Source: an uncultured virus (IMG/VR IMGVR_UViG_3300025723_000028) | Taxonomy: Duplodnaviria; Heunggongvirae; Uroviricota; Caudoviricetes | DNA: 20,000 nt | Reading direction: 5' to 3' (one strand) | Virus record (IMG/VR): IMGVR_UViG_3300025723_000028 | In this document: piece by piece, positions 1 through 9,000 of the stretch | How the letters are laid out: each line of letters starts with the position of its first letter | Numbering within the stretch: position 1 is the stretch's first letter | The notes under the pieces: model-generated | The model's database searches: none | The model's input: the letters and a program-made list of their open reading frames with translations, nothing else | Told to the model about the DNA's origin: nothing | Position numbers and translations under genes: made by a program

Positions 1-3000
1 TGGGAAGAAATCATATGTATATGCCACCCCTCCGTTGTTAATCGGATTATAAAAAGTGGTACTATTTTCATCAAAGTAAGTTTGATTAGCATCAAAAGTT
101 GTTGGCTCGTAAACGTTTCCATTTGGTGCACCAACAATTAAATTAACTGCGCTAGAATCAATACTTAGACTTGCACCAAATTGAGCATTGAATGCTGGAG
201 ATGGGCTTAAAATTTGCTGAGTAAAGACTAAAGTATCAAATCCCAATTGACCAAATACCGATGTTACTGTCCCAGGAAGTACTGTAATTAAATTGTTTGG
301 TGTTCCTGCTTTGGAGTTTTTAATAGATAATGTTAATCTTCCAGAAACAACAATTATTTTTACACCAGGTAAAGGTGCAAATACAAAATTAATAGTTTCC
401 GCAGAAGGATCATAGGAGTAATCTATCCCAGCAATTTGCAACACATTATTCAAATAGACAACAGTAGTATATGAACTAGCAACCGTATATAAAGATCCAA
501 TATAAAAAACTTTAGTTGTACTATCGCCTGTAAATGTTAAATCTGGAGTAGTTGATGCTATTACATTCGGTATAGCCATTTCATTGATTGCTTTCGCAAA
601 ACCTGCTACTGTATTGTTAGGTTGCGCTGGCACAGTTACTATTGAATTATTAATACGCAATGTACCAGAAGGAGTTAGAACAGGATTAGCTATTGTAGAT
701 GTGGTAACCCCGTATACCCTCGATTGATTAACTTGGTGATCAACTGACCCAGCTAAATCAATATAAGTGCTATCGTATGGTGCACCGATATAAAGACTGC
801 AATTCAATGGACATGAATCAAGTACTAGCCCGTATTCTGCTGATTTTACTGGTGTGCTACTTGATAATTCTTGAATTTGTGTAATTTGATTAGTACCAAT
901 TTCAATTATATCTCCGTAATTAAACGTTATATTAGAAAATATGATATTATTTCCGCTTATACTATATTGTCCTTCGATTGACTGGCTAGTAGTTAATAAA
1001 AATGTTTCGTTGACGCTTACTGTCACAGGATTTGTAACATTACCAGGTATTGTATATGTTAGTTGAGAAGGATTCGAAACTATATAACGAATTACGCTTC
1101 TGTCAAACATATACACTACCCCGGAATTATTTAAATTATCACGTGTAGTATTAGGTGCTCCTACGTATATTTGTGCTCCATCCGTTGTTGTTGCAACTGA
1201 TGATCCGAAATTATCTCCGGATATCGAATCTGTAGACGTAATAGTAGTAACATATTGCCAATATGTCGGTGTTGTTACTATAATATCTGCTCCAACTGGC
1301 GGAATAGTAATAAATGTCAACTCAGTAGTTTCATTATTAAATGTATAATCAAAATAGGGACGTTGTATTACTTTATTTACAGTCACTGCAAAAGTTTCGA
1401 TAGTGGTTGCATTATACAAATATGTGTTTAATGCAAAGGTATTAGTTTGATTTATACCAATACCAGTATACGTATACCCGCTTATTGCACCGCCTACTGC
1501 AATTCCAGTAACAGTTATTGTTAAATCATTGGCAGTAGTAGTTCCTCCTAATCTTGATCCAGAAATAACTAACGTATCATTAATAGCATAAGACTGTCCG
1601 CCAGTTATTAGATTTATTACATATTCGCCGCGTACATTTTGAATTGTAAAAATTGAATTATATCCAGCGCCTGAGGTTGAACTTTGTCTCAGATTGTAAT
1701 AAGTCGTAGCATCTAATTGTTTACTCAAATTGCGAGTCAACGTAAGTGTTTGTCCTGACACTGTTGGGTGAACTAATGTTACAAAATTTTGATCTACAGT
1801 ATAATCTTTTCCGTAAACTAACTCAATTCCACTTAATGCAACTGATAATTGTTCAGGATGCAAGTAATTAATCTGTATTGCGTTTGAATATTCGTAACTA
1901 GTTACACTATAGTTTGTAGTATATGTAATAGTTTGATTTACTACATCTATTTTTTCATAGGCATAAACTGAATTAGCTGCCGGTGCTCCGATATACATCC
2001 ATTTTTCGTCTGCACTAATTACTCCCGATGTTCCAAATTTAATAGGATTAAAATTTTGTGTCGGCGGAACTAATAATTGAGTAATAGTGAAGGAATTTAC
2101 ATCTGAATTTCTATAAATTACTACAGCATAGCCCATGTTTGATGCACTGGTATTAGCTCCTGCTATAGCCCAATTAGAACTACCAAAGGATACCATATTA
2201 CCAAAATTACTTGAATCAATAGTTTCCAGTATTAATGTGCTGTTAAATTGATAGTCAGTAAAATTTCCTCTAATATAAGTCAGTATAGAATTGGCTCCAG
2301 GTGCACCTACCATAGCGCCAAAGTTAGATGCTGATTGTGTTATACTTACACCATATCGATCACTAGGAGTAAATCCCGTGGAAATAACAGAATCGGTAAT
2401 AAATGGAGTTTGTTTTTGTACAGTTTCCCAATGTCCACTGCCGTTATTATCTATCCAAGCAATCGAACCCGGTACTAAATTATTAACATAAGGTAAGTTT
2501 GAAATGTCACTAGCTTGTGATACTCGAGCACTTTGTAAATGAAAGACTAACCCAGTACCTGTTATATTAGTTACATTTGTGTTTACGAAACTAAAGGCGA
2601 TAATAACGGTAGTTGGAGTTGGTGCTGCTAAAACACGATAAACCCCGTTAACCCCATTATTAAAATATTTAATAATAATTAAATCATATAATGATAACCC
2701 ATGTGCCGCGTTAAATTGTACAACACTAGTACCATTGAGATTATCAGTTAACCGTATCATTTGCCCTGGCACACTGGCTACACGATATACACCCCAGTCA
2801 TGCGTGTTGGTTTTAGCAATCCAGATATAAGTGCCAATTCCAATATTGTTGATATCAGCTTCAATTGCCGCAGGATCTTCAATACTGAATACCGTAACAT
2901 CAACATCATCTAAACATACATAACCTGCAGACGGTAATGCATCTGGCAAACTACCTGATTCATATATAGTAGGAAGAATGTTAATATTATTAATAGAATA

Positions 3001-6000
3001 ACTTTCTTTCCATAAATTGCTCAAATAAACCTGCTGATTAGCTTGACTTACATCGCCTGGGTTTGTAATTTGTATAGTTGACGGATTGTAAGATAATAGA
3101 GCTTCGTTTAATTGAATTTCAAAGTAACTCTTATTAGCATTTGCCCCGTACACTCCGGATAATATGCCCCAGTTTTCATAGATATTATAATCGCCGCTTT
3201 CTTTGCCGTTAAGTTTTGCTAAGTTGAATATTTCAGCAGCTTGTAATGTACCTTTGGTACCAATAAATTGTTGATATAACTGAACTTGTGTTACACCATT
3301 AAGATTCATGTCTGTCATATATGGACGAGGACGGAATCCAATCAATCCAAATGCAAATAAATCGTTATCACTGGTTAAATTAGCTTGGTATACATCGTAT
3401 GAGCTTACTAATTGATCTGCTTTATTAGCCAAGTTAGGCAATAATCCAGTGTCAATTGCTTGATAATCACTTTTTATCCACTCACTATAATTAAAGGTTT
3501 CTTGTGGCTCACTAATAACCAATGCTTGCCAGTAGGTATTTTTGTATAATACCATATCTCCCTTGGTATATTTTTGATAAGATTGCCATTGCTTTACATT
3601 GTTTAAGTTAAGAATAAATCCTTGTGCATTTAATTGCCCATCCCATTCAGTTGTCGTAGATGCGATTAAACTTAAACGAACTTGTCTTGCGGCTGTAATT
3701 GGATCATATATCAAATCTCTAAATTGTGTAGTATTATCTAGCACAATCATATCTTCGTAATTTGTGAATTTCAATGTAAGATAATTGATAGTTTGTCCGT
3801 TTGTAGATGTAATCGAAAATTGATTACCATCACGATTAACTATCATTGAGCTAACATCCAACACAGTACGATTTTGATCCAGTAACATATTTTCCGGAGT
3901 TATGCTGGCAATAGTATCTACAATACTGATAGGTTGACTTGCTTTAATTGTAGTGGCAGCTGGATTTAGATTAATCATTGTACCTGCTTGCCACCCTTGT
4001 TCTCCAAAGTATAAAAACTCTTGAGACATCTGTAACCAATTTAATGTGTACCCATTGTATGTATTATCAAATATTAATCCTTGAGATGTTAGCCATGCTC
4101 CATAACTCATTAAGAAATCGCAGACACTAGATGGACTGGTAAAAACATATCCATACGGAATTTGTTTTATATTATTTGTATATTGTGATGGAACTTGAAC
4201 TGTGGTATTACCAGCGGTAATAGTCTGGTATAACCCTACTGGACTACTTTCTAATATTTCAAAATAAGGTTGTACATTGCTATAACCATAAACACTATAT
4301 CCTATTCCACCTGAGCCTAAACGTTCTACTTGTACAATAACAGAACTATATGTAATTTGATCAAATGGTTGATTTTTATAAAAAATCAAACTATAACTGC
4401 TTGGGGGAATTTGTAAACTATTATTCGTAGAACTTGGTCCGGCTCTTTCAGTAGATATTTGAACATACGCAGAATCACTGAATGAAGCCATACGGTAGCA
4501 TAGACGCACATCTAAGTTTGCTAATTCGTTAGTCAATGCCGTAGTACTATTAACTCCTGTTTGTTGATTATAGTCAACAATCCAATTGATATAACTTGCT
4601 TTGCTTACACCATTACCATATACTTGTACACCTGAAGCATTTAAACGGTAGCGACTATTTAACAAGTATTGACCTAGTGCATTATTGTATCGATATAAAT
4701 CTCTATCAGCAAATAATGAGAAAAATTGTGCTGGTTTTGTCAGTGCTAATAATCGCATAATAGCAAATGGATACGAACTACTATTCCACCAAGATGCCTG
4801 AACTGGACCACCGTCACCAGATACCCATGATTGTTGGAACCCATACGGATCATTACGACCCATTACGCATTCAGACGGAGGCAGAAGATAACCTTCTGAA
4901 CTAGCAGGAATAATTTTTGATAAACCAGGTCTTATATATTCAGGAAGAACATATGGACCAACAGGATCTGCAACAATACCAGCTTCTAAATCATCCCAAA
5001 GTACTGTATTTCCTGATGTATATGGACCTGGACCATAACGTGTCGCCCACCATGCAGGTTCTTCAGAAAATCCAACCATTTCCCAAGGTGTAGTATTTGG
5101 GGTTTCAGTATCATAAAAATAACGATATATGCCTCTCCAGTTACCCTGTAAGAATTGTGTTTGGTCGATACGATTAGCGGCTTGGCTATAGTTATAAGTA
5201 AACGGATTGTCTGTAATATAATTTTGTTGAGTATAATCTACACGATTTTGCCCAACCCATGTTAAGAAATCCTCGCTCATTATTTGATTCACTTCCGAAT
5301 ATGTGTAAGGCGTTTTTCGAAAGAATCCAGGTAATAAAGCAGTAGTTTGCGCTGGGTAAAAAGTAGGATCTACTTGATCTGATGTCAATGGAATTGGATT
5401 ATCATCGACTTTAATGTTATCATAAATTCGCTTTTCAAATTCAAGTAATACTTGATCTCGAATATCACCAAAAGCAATAGTAGTTGATCCGTCGTGTCCT
5501 TGAATTACTACAGTAGGCTCTGAGTACGTATCGTCAATATAAATTGACGGAGTAAATTTAGGATATAACCCCATTTTACTAGGTGTATTTGGACACCAGC
5601 TGGCCACAGTAGTTGGATATTCGTTAATAGTAACCACATCGCCAACATGTAGTGGTACTAAAATTGTTAATTTCTGTGCATCAACTGACACAGTATATTG
5701 ACTATTGCGCAATAATAATATATCATTGACATATACCAATAACCCAAGATAATTACTTGACGTAAAGTTATACATTTGACTTGTGTTAAAAGTCGCTGAT
5801 GTAATTGGATTAACTACCGTTGTCGTCGATGTATAATTTGTGCCAATCGGAAGCATATCTGACCAATAAAACGAATTTGACTTTGTCAAACTTTTTGTTA
5901 TATTACTGATTCCCAGATCAAGTACTTGCGATACCGTTTCATTTCCAGTAAGATTTAATTGTGTTACTGCGGTTAGCAATTTATTTTTATACTTGATGTA

Positions 6001-9000
6001 TTCTCTGCTGTTATAATCTAAAGCAGCAAATAAATCGTAATTAATGTTACGTAGGAAAAATCCAGCTAATGTTAATGGCGAAGATTGTTGTAATATTAAC
6101 TGACCATAAGGAATAATATTTCCCAAATCTCGTGTATTATTACGTCCATTTATTGGCCCAGCTAGATTAACTAAATTTTCACAAATAGTAGTATAATGTT
6201 GTCGAACTGTACCAAGACTAAATTTTGCACTATTACCATTAAACGGATTATTTTCTAAATTAATAGGAATTTGATAAAATGCAGTAGCACTCACTTGCTG
6301 ACTATATGCCAATATTTCAACTATGTCACCAATAACCATAGTAGGACTATTAAGCGCAACCACTGAAGTGTTAGACTGTGAATTAATTGATAACGTATAC
6401 ATCGTTGGAAGCTGATACACATTATTAACAAAAACCTGTACTGGAGGAACATCCAGAGCTGTTTCGACTAATACATCTAATTGTAAAGGTGTGCCACTAT
6501 ACGTGAATTGAAATTGTTGTCTAGGCAATGATGGTATAGCAGCAGTTTGCCATCCGATTTCAGGAGTAAATGCAATCCTATCTGAATACTGATATACAAA
6601 TCCGGTGCTGACGTTAACAGTAATTCCTGTTGTACCTGCTGGAGTGTAAATAAAGGAGTCAGTATATAAATTATTGTCGAATAAAATATCACCAATATTG
6701 TCTACACTAAAAAAATCCAATGGTATACCTAGCACTGAATCAACTGGATTATCAGGATTTTCTGCATAGCTTAATAATTTACAACCTGTAAAATTAGTAC
6801 TTGGATACTGGGAAGCATCTCCAAAGCTATAACCATTACTATCAAAAACATCAAATAATGGAGCTTGGTTAACCGCTATTTTTTGTTGTGAATCTATCCA
6901 AGATGTGCCGTTATAATAAAAACTTTGTCCTTGTATTCCGATTGTGCCGCCTGAGATATAAGCAGCAGTAGTAGTACTGGAAAATGTTACCGATGTTGTT
7001 GTACATTTGGTTACAATAAAACTGCCATTATACGATGCAGGGGACACTCCTGTTACTGTAATTGCTTGTCCTATTGTATAAGGTATCGAAGATCTTGGCG
7101 TAAAATATAAAGTTACCGCAGTTCCAGTACTACCAATTGAATGTATTGGTAAAGTGAGTCCATTAAGACACACAGTAGTTTGATTGACCAATGCTGGGCT
7201 ATAATTAGTAGGAACCAAATCAATAACAGGAGTAGTTGATATTGAAGGATCCGGTACGATAAAATTAACAAGATAAATTTGAGTGCGTACCACTGGGTCA
7301 TTATCGGCAGCAAAAATTACTAAGCTACCCTGTTCTAACGTATATCCGTTAATTCCATACCCTATTTTTCCATTTACATTTAATAATGCATCAGTTTGTG
7401 TAAAATCAATAACATTAACTGCTGGGAGGCCTTGTGTACCAAAATTATATAATTTTAGTCCAGAACGGAATTCTAAGATAGGACGATTAGCACGTTGAGC
7501 ATTAGTATAAGTAGGACTTATGTCATTGAATGCCGCGGCATATTCGATAACATCGATATGGAACCATCGATTACTACGTGTCCATGGATTAAGATCAGGA
7601 CTGGCCATATTGATAGTAATGTAGTCAGGTACAATAGGCTGCCCGTTGACATCTGTTGAATATGGTTCTACTACTATTAATTCTGAGGCAGGGACCAATT
7701 TAATGCTAGTTCCGACTCCCTGCACATAGTAAGTATTATTTACATAATTAGTAGGGTAAACATTTCCTTCGAATACAATTTTCAATCCATTTGTAAATAT
7801 TACGCCGTTTGGACTTGTGTAATTTTTATTTCCTAAAATATCCGTATTAACATTAATATAAGAATTAATGCTTATTGAATTTATCACGCCTCCACTGACA
7901 TACGCTCCTGAATATGTACCATTATATGTTACTGACGATGTGGTACAAGATAAAACCGTATAATTACCGTTATAGTTCGATGGATTAACTCCAGATACAA
8001 TAATGGTATCACCGATTGAATATAGTACCGATGTCTGGTCATCAAAATGTAAAGTTACTGCGGTACCTGATGCGCTAATGCCATTAACTGCCAACGGAGG
8101 GACTGGGGAATTGGTATTTTCGTTAATTAAATTGATTGTACCAAAAATAGTTGGATCTTCACTATCTTGATAATACAATTGGGATGCTGATGCTGTGAGT
8201 AATGGCATCTGTGTAAAATACCCAGCTGAACTTTTATACCACTGAGTATTAACGTATTCTGTACCAGATGTAATAATAAATTGTGTTGAGTTAGGAATCG
8301 TTAATATATTATTAAGTTGTATATACAATGCACCAACGTTGTCTGGAATATACTGTATTTGCCATAAATTTATTTGTGTAGATAAATCTGTTGGATTTGA
8401 TGTAAATACTAATGTTTTGCCGTTAAGATCAGTGACTCCGTCGATTCCATTTGTATAAGTTGTTAAAAATTGATCAACATATACTCCATTAATTTGGTTA
8501 AATTGTAAAGACGAACAAATTAAATCTACTTCTCCTGTGGAAGATGTTGGATATCCGATATATGGTAATGAATAATAAAAATCTTGCGCATTAGAATTAG
8601 GCACGCTAAATGATACCGTACCGAGATCTGTTCCGTTATTAGATACACCCAAGATATCTCGACTGCTAATGTTTTTTGACCAAGGTAATTTACCATCTGC
8701 CCCAGGCGCAAGTTGAATCCAGAAATCAGGGCCAGTGCCAGGAGTAGCACTAACAATATCAAATTGTCCACGTAAATTAAATTCTATATCATTACAATAG
8801 TAAAGTGTGTCTGGAGCATCTTGTGGAACAGTAAAAGTAACTAAACCCTGTGTTCCCCCATTATTAACTACCCCTTCGGACCATAAATTAGTAGTACCAA
8901 AGCTTTCTTGAGTCTTAATATAAAATGCATGACTTCCCGTTTGTACTAAATTAAATTCATAAGTGTTACCGCGAATAAGCGTTAGTGTTGGGTTATTTTG

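Noticed and set aside
6940..8094. Duplicated module as a diversity-generating retroelement TR/VR pair
   Set aside because: The similarity is at protein level (about 49%) with differences at all bases rather than adenine-specific ones. Both copies are internal and in frame, and there is no reverse transcriptase in the window.
2291..8771. Short ORFs 2291-2491(+), 6477-6695(-), 7113-7313(-), 7283-7498(+), 8526-8771(-)
   Set aside because: All lie antisense or out of frame inside the giant gene and have no recognisable motifs. They are shadow ORFs.
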